Positions 30,297-44,624 of a DNA stretch of 64,000 bases are shown here, one piece after another. A model generated the notes under the pieces. The model was not told the DNA's origin. It searched no databases and saw nothing but the letters and a program-made list of their open reading frames with translations. Each line of letters starts with the position of its first letter. The first letter of the stretch is position 1. Source of the stretch: Tubiluchus corallicola (taxonomy: Eukaryota; Animalia; Priapulida); assembly GCA_030141605.1 (NCBI GenBank), contig JAQGDQ010000720.1:1-64000 (forward strand), in the 5' to 3' direction. A program made the position numbers and the translations under genes.

Positions 30297-30625
30297 AAAT
30301 AAGCCTAATCCTAGCAAAATATTGTTATGAATTTTTTCCTTGAGACTTTTCTGTGGTCTTTCTGGACAAGGCAAGAATTGCGCTGAGTTAGCGTACTCGC
30401 TTATAATGTAGGAGATTGCGGGTTCAATTCCAGGGCAGGAAAAATGTTGCCTCTCGTCCTCTTTTTCTTCTCTTTCTTTTTCTTCTTCTTTGTTATTCTT
30501 TTATCGATTTCATCAAATATAAGGAAAAAACAGATGGCTGAGTTCTCAGCTTTGTGAAGCCCATGCCAGCATGAAAATTTCACCCCTTATTGTTTTGCTG
30601 CCATGTGTTGAAAGCTAGTGATTAA

Positions 30626-31185
30626 AGGAAAACAGGATGATTCCTCACATACTATCCCATTTTTAAATCCAGTTAAAAGTATACATTTAACAAAATTTTC
30701 AGCAAAAGCGTTTCTGATAATTAAATTATAAATTAAAAACTTAATCAACGGCGGGCGAGCCCAACTATTGGTGACATCACAAACGAACATAATTTTTAAC
30801 AGCAGTAACATTCCAATTGAAGTGCAGTGAAGAAGTAAGATATTCGGTGTGTTGTACTAAAACTAGGCAAGTTTTAAGATAAAAATTCAAATTCAAATTT
30901 ACCGCTGTGCTCATACATAAGCTGTCGAATGTGTGTAGTTCGTCACAAACTAACACATCTGAACTGAGAGGTGCAGCACCCATTTTTTGTGCAACGCTTT
31001 CCGAAATCCAGGCGCTAGTGCCTGTCTAACTAGCAAATGGTGAAATGCATGTAACAAAGAAGAGAAGAACTAGTGGCGCCAACGTGAAATTGTGTTTGTG
31101 TGGTAATGATTCTTTCACGTGAGTCACTCTTGAAAAAACTAGTATGCTTACTTTAAATATTTTAAAGAGTAGATTGTATTGACTT
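30626..31185 (-). mobile_element. Kolobok-like family K1 copy
   Basis: Starts TTAA|AGGAAAACAGGATG; colinear with the K1 reverse complement. Confidence 0.7.
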
Positions 31186-31254
31186 GTTCCGGCATTGAAG
31201 TTTTCATGTATTACCTCGTATGCAAGTAACGTTTGTTCAATTAATGATTTCTGG

Positions 31255-31495
31255 AATGCGACGTCTAACGACTGAAGTTAAGCAATGCTGATCTGCTTAG
31301 TAAATGCATGGGTAGCCGCCCGGCATACTCTCCCAAGTTTTTTAAATCGCCGAGGGACGGTATGGTAAGAACTAGGGTGTGGCCAAGCACGTCTGAATCT
31401 GATGGTTCGTTGCCTCGTCCCTAAAAGATTACTATTGAGAATGAGAAAGATTTCGGTCTCGCCACAACCCTCTATCTTATTTGGTATGTCCTATC
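31255..31495 (+). mobile_element. degenerate 5S-headed SINE-like relic (different body)
   Basis: ctgaagttaagcaatgctgatctgcttagtaaatgcatgggtagccgcccggcatact aligns to the 5S internal control region; the following body is unlike copies 1-3. Confidence 0.45.
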
Positions 31496-31589
31496 ATGCA
31501 TACATTGCATACAAAAACTAGTTTTGTGAAAATGGTAAAACATAGTAACATACAAGAAACAATAATATTTATTGTTTACGACAAAATTA

Positions 31590-31890
31590 CATATACAATA
31601 TTGTATACGATTCATTTATAGATACAATATGGTATACGATTCATTTATAGATACAATATTGTATAGATACAATAACAAATAGAATACTATATATAACACA
31701 ATTATAGATACAATATTGCATACGATACTTTTATAGATACAATATTTTATATGATACAATTATGGATTCAATATTGTATACGATACAATGACAATTACAA
31801 TATTGCGTTCAATTCAGTTATAGATACAATATTGTATATGATACTGCATACAATATTGTATACCATGTAATCATAGATGTATATTGTTTT
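31590..31890. repeat. degenerate tandem repeat with palindromic core tacaatattgta
   Basis: Direct reading. Confidence 0.8.
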
Positions 31891-32374
31891 TCGTATTACG
31901 ATCTTTGTACCTTTTTCATAGTTTATGAAAACTGGGAAAGTCGTTAGTTTTTAGGTTTTTAGCAAATTTCTGTACAAATGCAATTTATGATTTCATCATT
32001 AGAATTGCTTGTGTGACTGTGTGTGTGATAAAATTCATTTCTCTCTCAGAATGTCTATGTCGTAACAATGATTTACACAAAATCAAATTCAAAGATTTAT
32101 ACTTCATAAACGTAATCAAGCAATCCTTTAAAAGCTAACTGATAAAATTCCTTTGATGTGTTGAAGTTTCATCAGTAAAATGCTGATATTTTTAAACTTA
32201 TGTTGTTTTTACGACTACAGTACGTCATGTGTGTCATTCTGATGTTTCAAACCACCATTCTCATGTCTGTGGTGTCATAATATCTTTGTATTTGAGCGTG
32301 GTTTGCTAAGTTCTAAATCTTCTAATGTATTTTTCAATTGTTTTTCAGTTAAATAAACCAATCTACTGCAAATC

Positions 32375-32780
<406 letters not shown>

Positions 32781-33514
32781 TATACTTTTTATCGGACTTG
32801 AATAAATGGGGGTGAAAAATCATCCTGCCTTTAAAACTTAAATTTTTTAACATAAATTTGCCATATCACATTAAACGTTGTACAGTAGCACTGTACTTCA
32901 ATTTTTGTTTTCGCAAACGCGTACAACGCGCTTGTGGAATGTTTGTGCTGTTGAAAAATTATGTTCAGTTGTGATGTCATCACTGGGTTTACCAACCCTT
33001 ACTGTTTCTAAGTGTTTCTTAGTGTTTCTAAGCTACTGTTTTGAGGTTTATCAGTAACACTTTGGCTTTATTATAAGTGTTAAAATGCATAACTTCTACC
33101 GTACTACAAAATGGATATGAAAAGGGAATAAAAAATTGTTCTGTTTTAAGACCTAAATAAAACGTGGGGGGGGGGGGTCTGTAACGTTTCTAAGCCATGC
33201 ACGCCTCGCCTAGACATCTGCACGCCTAAGCAAGAAGCCACAGTCTGTAAATGAAAGTGAAGCTAAGCCACCACTAATTAAGACAGGAATGTATGGAATG
33301 ACAATGGCCACAGGAGGTATTTACCTGCTAATTAAATTTTACCTAATTTGAGTCTGACAATCAACGTGTTACAACTTTCCGGTTCCCTCATCTTTCACTG
33401 CTCAAACTGATTGCGCACCCCTTATGGTAAGTTTGAAACAAGTTAAAGTCAAACTAAACACTCTCTATACTATAACTTAAAATCTTACTCTGGTTACGAA
33501 TATTCAATTTATTT

Positions 33515-34255
33515 TATAGGTTTTACATGTCAAATGTAGACCTGCGTTAACTCAAATGTAGATTTAGGTAATTCAAATGCGTCTTGGTAACTCAAATGTA
33601 GATTTAGGTAATTCAAATGCGTCTTGGTAACTCAAATGTAGATTTAGGTAGTTCAAATGTGTCTTGGTAACTCAAATGTAGATTTAGGTAGTTCAAATGC
33701 GTCTTGGTAACTCAAATGTAGATTTAGGTAGTTCAAATGTGTCTTGGTAACTCAAATGTAGATTTAGGTAGTTCAAATGTGTCTTGGTAACTCAAATGTA
33801 GATTTAGGTAGTTCAAATGTGTCTTGGTAACTGAAATGTAGATTTAGGTAATTCAAATGTGTCTTGGTAACTCAAATGTAGACTTAGGTAGGTCAAATGT
33901 GTTAACAATGGTTTTCAACAAATCTTGAGCGTTTTTGGTAAGTCAAATGTAGACACATGTCAAGTCAAATGTGACATTGGTATCTCAAATGTGGATAGGT
34001 GGTAAAGTTTAAGGATGTTAAATTTAATCTTCTTTAATTTCAATTTAATAATTACTCCTAAGTTAAAATAACAACGTTATAGCCCTACTAATAGATGCAC
34101 CATCTTTGGTTTATCTTTCACTAATTTGCACTTAAATAACTTAATTACCGATTTATTCAAAGTGATGCATCTACATTTGGCTTACCTAAGTCACATTTGA
34201 GTTACCAAAACACATTCGAAATTCCTATGTCTACATTTGACGTGTAAAATCTATA
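33515..34255. mobile_element. MITE carrying an internal 40-bp satellite
   Basis: TIRs tataggttttacatgtcaaatgtagac / gtctacatttgacgtgtaaaatctata; ~9 units of ttggtaactcaaatgtagatttaggtagttcaaatgtgtc at 33545-33900. Confidence 0.75.
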
Positions 34256-34946
34256 TTATAAATTTACTGCAAAACTTGGTTCTCTTGATTTTTCATCACT
34301 TCGTTGCTAGCGGTATTAAATTTGAAGAACCGCCATTTTTCGTTGCAAGAGATGAATGACGTAATGAGTACAGTCACGAGGTCAGCAAAGATCGGTGAAC
34401 AAACATCGGTAACCAACGACGCTTTCTGTACCTCGTACGTTGCTGTGTTTTGTTTCTCTCGGAAGGCTCGTAGAGAAAACCGGAAAACACTTCATCAAAT
34501 TAAACTAGTTTATTATGCGAGAATTCTACAACACAAAAGTATGAAGGAACGCGAAATGTTTACAGTAAACGTGAAAATCTGGAAAACGTTTAAGCGTATC
34601 TGAGGATACAAGAATATAAGAGAATGTGAGAGAATCAGAGAATGTGCGAATGTACTTCAGCGGCCAGCTTCGCTTTATATATCAGTGCCAGGGAATATTC
34701 TAGAAGAAACTTCTAGAAATTTCCACAAGGTAAGACGATTGTTCTACTATACAATGGAATATTCCAGATCTCCACAACATACGTCATTCTCGCTCACTCG
34801 CACCAAAGAAATATGGCGATCTTTACGGCAATCCACGTGTTCACCAGGAAAGGGTTATTTAAGCTACAATTCCCTTTTGTTTAATAATTACTATGAATTT
34901 TTTGTTAAAATACTTCAGTGTCGGTTAGGGTTATATAGGCGTTTAA

Positions 34947-35404
34947 CCCTTTCATACCCGTTGTATCCCATGGGATACGAGAATATTTTCTGCCTTTAAA
35001 ATTAATAAAATTTTAAAACTGACAGTTATTTGATCTGTTAATAGTTATTTTGATTTAAGCCAATAACAATAGACTAAAAATGGTGATAAAATGGCAAACT
35101 AGAAAATCTACATAGCTTAAAAAACTGTGCAAGGTACAGTACTTTAGAGACGACTTTGTACAGATCAGCATGGCGTGCATACTAAATGTCTTACATACTT
35201 TAAAAAATTATCAGCAGTTGCAAAATGAAGCACATTTTATGCATCCATTGAATCCCAATGTATCCCGTGGGATACAGGCTATATTTAGCACGCGGGCACA
35301 GGTAGAAAAAAATAATTATTATGTGTAAACAAGATGGACATACTTAACAAAAGTATCAAGCCAAAAAGTTTTTTCTTATTAAAAAATAATTTGGGACCAA
35401 AGGG
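34947..35404. mobile_element. piggyBac-like MITE
   Basis: TTAA|CCCTTT...AAAGGG|TTAA; internal repeated palindromic motif tgtatccc(a/g)tgggatac. Confidence 0.8.
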
Positions 35405-35805
35405 TTAAGCAACATCGTCAATAGATGGCGTGCTAATGAGAAAGATGTGGATCTGGTCCCTGGAGTGTGCGTGATCTTGACACAATTTTCAACAAATATC
35501 ACCATAATTTCCATAATAAACAAATTCTACACCCACACAGTTTGTGATATTAATAAGTGAGCTGTTGCCGGTCCCCGTTTAACAGCTTAATGGGTTGTTA
35601 AATGAACAGGTAAACATTTGCCTTTACGTTATGCAATAAGCAGAATGAAAGTGGGTGATGGAGATGCGCAAGACGCTGTGGCTGTAATAAGCCTGGGTCG
35701 CGCACTTGGCTTCATCCAGTAGGATAAAAACAGAAGCAATGAAGCCTTTTCAGAACGCAGAATCAACACCAAGCCTTGATTTTAGAAATGGACTATGATT
35801 ATTAA

Positions 35806-36859
35806 AGCAAAACTGGACCCAATCTTAAACTGCTCTTTAAAATATATATATATTATATATTAATTCTTTATTTGTCATTAAAATGGCTCACTCATTATAA
35901 TAAAATTGAGTAATCCTCAGCGTAATGTTAAAATAACAACACTGTTCAAGACAAATGCGTCCAGTGCATACTAAAATAACTAAAGTGCAAAACTAAGGCC
36001 TAATTATATACAATAAATGAACATATTTACAAACACAATATTAAAATATTTTTACAAAACAATATTACAAAAGTACATTAAATTTTACATGACATATTTT
36101 ACACTATATATACATTTAACATGACACAATTAACAGAAACATGCTTTACATTACATAAATTTCACTCATTACATTTACACTATTTATACATTTGACATTA
36201 CAAAACTGACATAACACGTATTACATTGAATATGTTTTTAAAAATTTTACATTTTTAATCATTTTATGGAGTCAGGGGCGAGGGTAGATATTGAAAAATA
36301 TTGAAAGGTGTAACATACTATTTTTTCAAAAACGACTTGCGTGAAAGAATTATTAGCAAAGTAGCACAATTTCACGTTCGCGCAACTAGTTCTTCGCTGT
36401 TACATGCATTATGCCATTTCCTAGTTAAACAGGCACTGACGCCTGCATTTCGTAAACGCATTGCACAAAAAACGGGTGTTGTACCTCTTAGTTCAGACGT
36501 GTTTTAGTTTCTGGCGAACTACACACGTTCGACAGCTCATGCGTGAGTACAGCGATAAATTTGAATTTTAAATTTTTATCTTAAAACTTGCCTAGTTTTA
36601 GTACAACACACGGAATATCTTACAGTAGCATTGTACTTCAATTTTCACTTTCGCAAACACGTGCAACACGTTCGTGGAATATTTTGAAAACTATGTTAGT
36701 TTGTGATGTCATCAACAGTTGGATCTGGCAAGCCATTAATTAAGTTTTTAATTTATTACTTAATTATCAGAAACGCTTTTGCAGTATTAATTGTGTTAAA
36801 ATGTATACTGTATCAGACTTGAAAATGGGGTAGTATATGAAAAATCATCCTGTCTTCCT
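35806..36859 (+). mobile_element. Kolobok-like family K1 copy with nested LINE tail
   Basis: TTAA|AGC...CCT|TTAA; internal sequence matches 21288-21910. Confidence 0.75.
35845..36290 (-). mobile_element. LINE 3' tail inserted into a Kolobok-like MITE
   Basis: Interrupts the MITE at aaaatat (repeated on both sides); minus strand ends ttaatgacaaataaagaattaatata, like the 28.9 kb LINE tail. Confidence 0.55.
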
Positions 36860-36967
36860 TTAAACGAGTGCAGGATGCTGTCATTGAAAAAAAGAGAACA
36901 CTATAGGCTTCAGCTTTCAAGCATATGTATATCCACCTCTTTCAGACAGTTACATGTAATACATTAA

Positions 36968-37480
36968 AGGGGAAGACGGCGGAATTTTAAACTAAGTACC
37001 TAAATTTTTTTCCATACAAACTTATATTACTTAGTAGTATGGTTACTTGTTTGAAAGACTATTTATTGGTAAATAGAAAAGAAAATTCGAAATAATTTAA
37101 AACATTCGCACCACATGGCAAAACACTACTGATTTGCCTTCCCAGTGTGCACCACTGATTCACCAAAAACGCATTTTTAATTTCGTTGACAATATCAAGT
37201 AATTTAAATTTTTGTTGAGTTAGTGAAGACTAGTGAGTAGTGAAGTGTGTGCTATGAAAGCTCTGATTATTTTTCAAACGTTACTCAATCTTGTCTAAAC
37301 TTGTTTCAAATGATTTACCGTCAAAATGGCTGCATCTAACAGTCATCGTGGGAGTTTAAACTTACAAGTTTTGTACAGCGTTACTGCTAATACAGGCTCT
37401 GTATACAATAAGGCAGCATGTGAGTGACATAAAATTTGACGACGAATTTTTCGATCTTTATTTATGAAGATATTTATTTA
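36968..37480 (+). mobile_element. second TTAA-AG element family (K2); related copies at ~3478-4260, 25560-25720, 44130-44410, 48740-49200
   Basis: TTAA|AGGGGAAGA start; shared motifs cgcttacctgtttgaaa and cccagtgtgcaccactgattcac across copies. Confidence 0.6.
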
Positions 37481-38358
37481 TGTTTAATGTGACTGTAGTA
37501 ATTAATAATCGTATATATTAATTTCGCTGGTGTATATATATAGGTATATATGTATGTATATGTATATGTATATAATGTATATATGTATATATATATGGGT
37601 ATATAACCAACCAGCTACAGCTGCGACGACGACACCATTTTCGACGTTATATACGTAAAACGAAATGTCTGGACCCACACATTTGCCATTAGGGTTTTAA
37701 TTTTCGAATCGGTCCCACCGGGAGGTACTGGCGCCGAAAAACCTCTAAAAATGGCCATTTTCGGCCGTTTTTTGCAAAATTTATACCTCTTATTTCTAGG
37801 GGCGGAACTAGGAGGGGGCGAAGGGGGGTAGTTATTTCTAGAGGACCAGAACGCATCGGGGGCGGGGCTGGTAATGGTTTAATAGCCTGTTCAACGGTGG
37901 GTGTTATAGTCATATAGTCATAGTCATTTAGAATTCGGGGGGGGGCTCGTGACGGGCGTTTTCCAGGACTCAACCACGCATTTTTTGCAGAAAACTGCAC
38001 AAACAGTCTCTAGGAAAACTCAATTTATGCAGCTGTTTGGACATGCTGGGAAAAAAATTAGCACACTTGTAGAAAGAAGATGAAACGGGAATGTGATATA
38101 ACGTCGCCATTGCCAGTGTTAGTGGACTCACTGAACCGCGCGTAGCTTTAAAAGTTTAACAAAATTTAACTATCCGAAATGGTTTTTATTTTATCCAAAC
38201 TTTGATTTTGAAAAAGCTGTGGTAGTGATTCCAATATTATAAGCGTACTTTATTTTGAACTAATGTCTACGTAGTCGTCCGGTTTTCCTTTCAGTGACTT
38301 TTATATGACCGAGCTTACAGTCTAAGTTGCCCATAATTCAAGAAGATTTAAAACACTG

Positions 38359-39630
38359 AACAAGTTACCAAGTTTTGGAATTAGCATAATTTATACTAAT
38401 TATTTAGATATTAAACGTATCTATTGTCTGTGTACACTGTGGTGTTGTATCTGTGGTCCTGAGGTCATATTTATGGTCCTAAGGTCTTATCTATTTCAGT
38501 TCGTGCTGTTTCGTGATAACAAGTTACCAAGTTTTGGAATTAGCATAATTTATACTAATTATTTAGAGATTAAACGTATCTATTGTCTGTGTACACTGTG
38601 CTGCTATATCTATGGTCGCAAGGTCATATCTATTTCAGTTCGTGCTGTTTCGCGATAACAAGTTACCAAGTTTTGGAATTAGCATAATTTATACTAATTA
38701 TTTAGATATTAAACGTATCTATTGTCTGTGTACACTGTGCTGTTATATCTATGGTCCTAAGGTCATATCTATTTCAGTTCGTGCTGTTTCGCGATAACAA
38801 GTTACTAAGTTTTGGAATTAGCATAATTTATACTAATTATTTAGATATTAAACGTATCTATTGTCTGTGTACACTGTGCTGTTATATCTATGGTCCTAAG
38901 GTCATATCTATTTCGTGCTGTTTCGCGATAACAAGTTACCAAGTTTTGGAATTAGCATAATTAATACTAATTATTTAGATAAAAACGTATCTATTGTCTG
39001 TGTACACTGTGCTGTTATATCTATGGTCGCAAGGTCATATGTATTTCAGTTCGTCCTGTTTCGCGATAACAAGTTACCAAGTTTTGGAATTAGCATAATT
39101 TATACTAAATATTTATATATTAAACGTATCTATTGTCTGCCTACACTGTGCTGTTATATCTATGGTCCTAAGGTCATATCTATTTCAGTTCGTCCTGTTT
39201 CGCGATAACAAGTTACCAAGTTTTGGAATTAGCATAATTTATACTAATTATTTAGATATTAAACGTATCTATTGTCTGCGTACACTGTGCTGCTATATCT
39301 ATGGTCCTAAGGTCATATCTATTTCAGTTCGTGACGTAATTACAATGATGGCGAGTGAACGTGTTTCAAGCTTAATAAAAGCAGTAACAAGGTAAAACGT
39401 TTGTCGATCTTATCGTTCTCACACTAGTAAAAAGCAGTGCACTCGTGATGTTATATCTATGGTCCTAAGGTCATATCTATTTCAGTTCGTGCTGTTTCGT
39501 GACGTCACTACAATGATGGCGAGTGAACGTGTTTAAAGCTTAATAAAAGCAGTAACAAGGTAAAACGTTTGTCGATCTTATCGTTCTCACACTAGTAAAA
39601 ACTAAAAAGCAGTGCACTCGTGATGTTATA
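38359..39630. repeat. 139-bp tandem repeat x7 followed by an overlapping ~165-bp duplication
   Basis: aacaagttaccaagttttggaattagc recurs at a 139-bp period (38518, 38657, 38796); gacgt(a/c)a(t/c)tacaatgatggcgagtgaacg occurs twice. Confidence 0.95.
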
Positions 39631-40149
39631 GTCGCACGCCGGGTAATTTCAACAGTTGATAACAAATTGCTTGATTTGTTGACGTTTTCACAGTCAAACA
39701 ATGACGCAATAGGCGGCCATTACGCTAAACCGATTATTCGTTTCCTGAATTGTTGCTCGCTGCTCGGCGGGTCCACGTTGTAAAACAAACTGAATTAATT
39801 CTGCAATAATTACAATCACGTTGCAAAAATAACCACGTAGTTGATCCTTAGGCTATTTCTGTGCTTTAAATGTGTAGAAATTTCAATGTTATTCTGCTAC
39901 TTTCTAATATTGTGCAGCTTAGCTGGTTTTATTAGTGATTTCTCAAAGGTCGCGCAATAACAGCTGCAGCTGCCATCGAGAAAACCGTTTGTAATATAAA
40001 TTAGTTTGTGAACCGGACAGAAAGTTCAAAATTAATTTGTAATATGTTTCCCAGACTGCTGCTACTGCCACGTAATCAAATAAGAATAAATTCGGGTAAT
40101 AAAGGTAAGTTCGAAATGAAAAATTTAAACAGTTTTGTGTGTAGTTTTA

Positions 40150-41610
40150 AGAATTGTTGTTTAAAGTTTTGTAAAGTTTTGTAAAGTAGCTTGAAGTTTT
40201 GTGAGGGTGTTCAAAACTTGCCAAGTCGCTTGAAGTTGCGATTTGTGCGAAGTTTGAAACGTTGTGAAACTTGCGAAGTTGTTTGAAATGTTGTGAATTG
40301 TGTGAAGTTGTTTGAAACGTTTTGAATCGTGTAAAGCTGTTTGAAATACTGGGAATAGCATGAAGCTGTTTGAAAGTTTGTGAATAGTGTAAAGCTGTTT
40401 GAAAGTTTGCAAAAAGTGTAAAGCTGTTTGAAACTTTGCAAATACTGTGAAGCTGTTTGAAACTTTGCAAATAGTGTAAAGCTGCTTGAAACTTTGCAAA
40501 TACTGTGAAGCTGTTTGAAACTCTGCAAAAAGTGTAAAGCTGCTTGAAACTTTGCAAATAGTGTAAAGCTGTTTGAAACTTTGCAAATAGTGTAAAGCTG
40601 TTTGAAACTTTGCAAATAGTGTAAAGCTGCTTGAAACTTTGCAAATAGTGTAAAGCTGCTTGAAACTTTGCAAATAGTGTGAAGCTGCTTGAAACTTTGC
40701 AAATAGTGTAAAGCTGCTTGAAACTTTGCAAATAGTGTGAAGCTGCTTGAAATTTTGCAAATAGTGTGAAGCTGTTTGAAACTTTGCAAATAGTGTAAAG
40801 CTGCTTGAAACTTTGCAAATAGTGTAAAGCTGCTTGAAACTTTGCAAATAGTGTGAAGCTGCTTGAAATTTTGCAAATAGTGTGAAGCTGTTTGAAACTT
40901 TGCAAATAGTGTGAAGCTGTTTGAAACTTTGCAAATAGTGTAAAGCTGCTTGAAACTTTGCAAATAGTGTGAAGCTGCTTGAAACTTTGCAAATAGTGTG
41001 AAGCTGCTTGAAATTTTGCAAATAGTGTGAAGCTGTTTGAAACTTTGCAAATAGTGTAAAGCTGCTTGAAACTTTGCAAATAGTGTGAAGCTGCTTGAAA
41101 CTTTGCAAATAGTGTGAAGCTGTTTGAAACTTTGCAAATAGTGTAAAGCTGCTTGAAACTTTGCAAATAGTGTGAAGCTGCTTGAAACTTTGCAAATAGT
41201 GTGAAGCTGCTTGAAATTTTGCAAATAGTGTAAAGCTGTTTGAAACTTTGCAAATAGTGTGAAGCTGTTTGAAACTTTGCAAATAGTGTAAAGCTGCTTG
41301 AAACTTTGCAAATAGTGTGAAGCTGCTTGAAACTTTGCAAATAGTGTGAAGCTGTTTGAAACTTTGCAAATAGTGTAAAGCTGCTTGAAACTTTGCAAAT
41401 AGTGTAAAGCTGCTTGAAACTTTGCAAATAGTGTGAAGCTGTTTGAAACTTTGCAAATAGTGTAAAGCTGCTTGAAACTTTGTGAGTTGTGAGTGAAACC
41501 GTTTCAAGTGTTGTGAAACGTGCGCAGTCGTTTGTAGCTACGTGAGTTGTGTAAAGTTGCTTAGAGTTTTGTGAGTTGTTTGAAATGTTTTAAAGCATTT
41601 TGAACTGTGG
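40150..41610. repeat. 29-bp satellite (gtgt(a/g)aagctg(c/t)ttgaaa(c/t)tttgcaaata), ~37 homogeneous units with decayed edges
   Basis: Direct reading. Confidence 0.97.
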
Positions 41611-41869
41611 TAATTTTGCCTGTTTGCGCTTACTTTCCCTACACACAAAGTAACTAGATAACTCTTGGGAATCAGTTGTGACTGTTTACACTATTAAAAA
41701 GTAACTATTATACTGTCGCTAAACAAATGTTAGTTTTAATGATGTCGGTAAATAAAAGAGTGACGGTAAATAAGTGTTGCCTTTTGTCTTTGCCACCAAT
41801 GCTGTTACATATGCCGTTGCCGCACGTAGTGTTCAATGTGTCAAGAAAGGATAGCCTTGATTTGCTTAA

Positions 41870-42331
41870 AGGAAGCCAGGATGATTTTTCAAATATTACC
41901 CCATTTTCAAATCCGATAAGAAGTATACATTTTAACACAATTAATACTGCAAAAGCGTTTCTGATAATTAAATAATGATTAAAAACTCAATTAACGGCGG
42001 GCGAGCCCAACTATTGACGACATCACAAACTAACATATAGCAAAAAACGTCATATAGCAAAAATATTCCAAACTAACACGTCTGAACTGAGACGTACAGC
42101 ACCTGCTTTTTGTGCACTACGTTTCCGAAATGCAGGCGCTAGTGTCCGTCTAATCAGCGAATGGCGGAATGCATGTAACTATGAAGAACTAGTGGTGCGA
42201 ACATGAAGTTGTGTTTACTTGGTAATAATTCTTTCACGTAAGTCATTCTTGAAAAAATACTATGTTTCCTTTCAATATTTTAAAGAGTAGATTGTTTTGA
42301 CCTACAGTTTAGCTTTAGGTCCGGTTTTCCT
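41870..42331 (-). mobile_element. Kolobok-like family K1 copy (internal deletion)
   Basis: TTAA on both sides; reverse complement of both K1 ends. Confidence 0.75.
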
Positions 42332-43097
42332 TTAACTTACCAACTTATGTAAGTTGTCCTAGCTCAGGGTGAAATGCACAGTAATAAAATGTAGAAAGTT
42401 CGACTGTTTGTCTGTTTGTCTGTCTGTCATTGCGTGTCTGAATCAGGTCGAAACGAATGAATCTATAATCATCAAACTCAGCACAGGAATGATTCTGGAC
42501 AGGGGGCTGCAAAGCGCTGATTCCGGTTCAGAAGGTCAAGGTCAAAAATCCAAAAATGTGGCTATAAAATGAGGCGACACGTAATCACCGAACTTTTTAC
42601 AATGATCAAAAGTACGAACAGAAACATGCTCTCCAGGTCTAACATTGATCAACTTTCAAGGCTAAAAGAGCAGCCGAAGCTTATGATTATTCTATACGAG
42701 ATAATATGAGTAAGATGAGATGTTTTGTGCGAGTAATTACGAATGCAGGTGGCGCCCCCTCAGCCATGCAAACGTCGGGATAATAAGCCATTCAACAAGC
42801 ATTTCTGAAACGAATTTTTTCACAATGGGGTAACAAAACGTAACGTTATATTCTTAAAAGATTTTCCCTGCTAAGCCCTGCACGGCATACAATTTCAATT
42901 TTTCAACAATAGCATGATCTTATCGCAAGCTATGTCCAAAATTGTCTTATTGTAACTACATAATAATGATTTTTCTGTGCTTATGTCGACACCTGCTACT
43001 ACTGTCATGTTTCAGGTTCAAGCAATTTTAAACAAATGTGCCTGGTGTTGACTTTATCGAATAAAAACAACAGTTTGTAAATGCTGACACACGTATA

Positions 43098-44051
43098 TAG
43101 TCAACATCGGGTATAACGTACTCACTTATAAGGGATCACCACCACCGGTCCCGATTTTTCGTGACGTTTTTTTCTATGTAAAAATCTTCGTATATAAGGT
43201 ACTCGGATATGAGTAACTTTCTGTTATAAGGGATGATATCTTCAGGTCCCGCGTAATAGAAACCCGGGTAAATTACCTCGCGTACAAAGGACCCTATGTC
43301 GAAGCGAAATTGATCGAATTTTAACCTCAATTTTTCGCGAACTCGGCCTTCGAAACGCTCGGTTTCCTCAGTCACATACATCTCGCATCACTGAAGGAGC
43401 TTCCTACATACCGTTTGCACTGAATGTGTAGCAATAATCCATAAAAATATGAGTACAAGTACAGAAAAGTACAGGTCTAGATACACGCTCGGTCTGACTC
43501 AACTTCGGGACATTGGATATATGCAGGGTGCATAAGATTATGGATATGTATAAAATAAATAAAATAGCTTATTTTATGGATTTTTGAAATTTTATTTTAT
43601 GGATATCAATAAAATAAGAAATCTGGAACGAGATGCCCAGGGGGAAATCAATTAAAAAGTAAAAACAGGAGTGCTTGAAACGTGTTTTTAAACACGCAGG
43701 ACTTAGTTTTAATTTGATCGGTTTCGTTTAAATTTTATCGGTTTCATATCACTTCAAATTTAATCAAATTTTACGAGACAATGCCTTGTAATTCATCACT
43801 TCAGTTCGAATAATTCATCTAGGCAGAAGTTTCCGATCCAATGCCTGTATTCAGTTTTGATTGCCTTATTTTGTACAAAAATCACAAAAAAATATATTTT
43901 TATTTTATGCATTTTTTATTTTATGGATTTTTCAAATTTTATTTTATGGATTTTTGGTCTTATTTTATGGATATCCATAATCTTATGCAGCCTGGACATA
44001 AGGGACGGGTTTTTCCGATCCGGAGGTGTCCCTTATATCCGAGATTGACTG
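43098..44051. mobile_element. Tigger-like MITE with nested TIR element at 43524-43993
   Basis: Outer ends tagtcaacatcgggtataac / cttatatccgagattgactg|ta; inner TIRs cagggtgcataagattatggatat / atatccataatcttatgcagcctg. Confidence 0.7.
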
Positions 44052-44624
44052 TATATAAGCTTTTATACGCACACAAGACGTCTGCATAGTTAGAAAAAAG
44101 ACTTTTAATGTATATCCGAAAAAAAACTTCAAACACAAAGTTAAATTACTTTGCATTACGCTTACCTGTTTGAAAAACTTATGTAATCGGAAAAAACTTT
44201 TAATAATTTAAAATGTTCGCGCACAGCTGGTAAAACGTCACATCATCGCTATCCCAGTGTGCACCACTGAGTCACCTAAAACACATTATTGATCTTATTC
44301 GTGATATAAAGTAATTTAAACTTTTGCTTAGTTAGCGAAGAGTGTTCTACGAATGCTCTGATTATTTTTCCAATACTTACGCAACGTTATCTAAACTTCT
44401 TTACAAATGACTTACTTTATAAGATGCTGTGCGTAAGTTTGTTACATGTTTCTTTTTTATCAATAAACATAGTACGTTTTCTTTGGCAGATGGCAGAAGA
44501 AACCGCCCAGGGACAGTTTTCTAGAAAGTCGCCCATCCATTTATGGGCCAAGTTTATCATTGGCTAAATTTGATTGTTCATCCCGCTCAGCTAGTCATAG
44601 TCATAGTCTTCAAGGAAAACAAGC

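Noticed and set aside
40147-41507. 400+ aa repetitive ORFs or a CRISPR-like array
   Set aside because: Head-to-tail 29-bp units with no unique spacers, eukaryotic context, and open in all three frames simply because the unit lacks stops.
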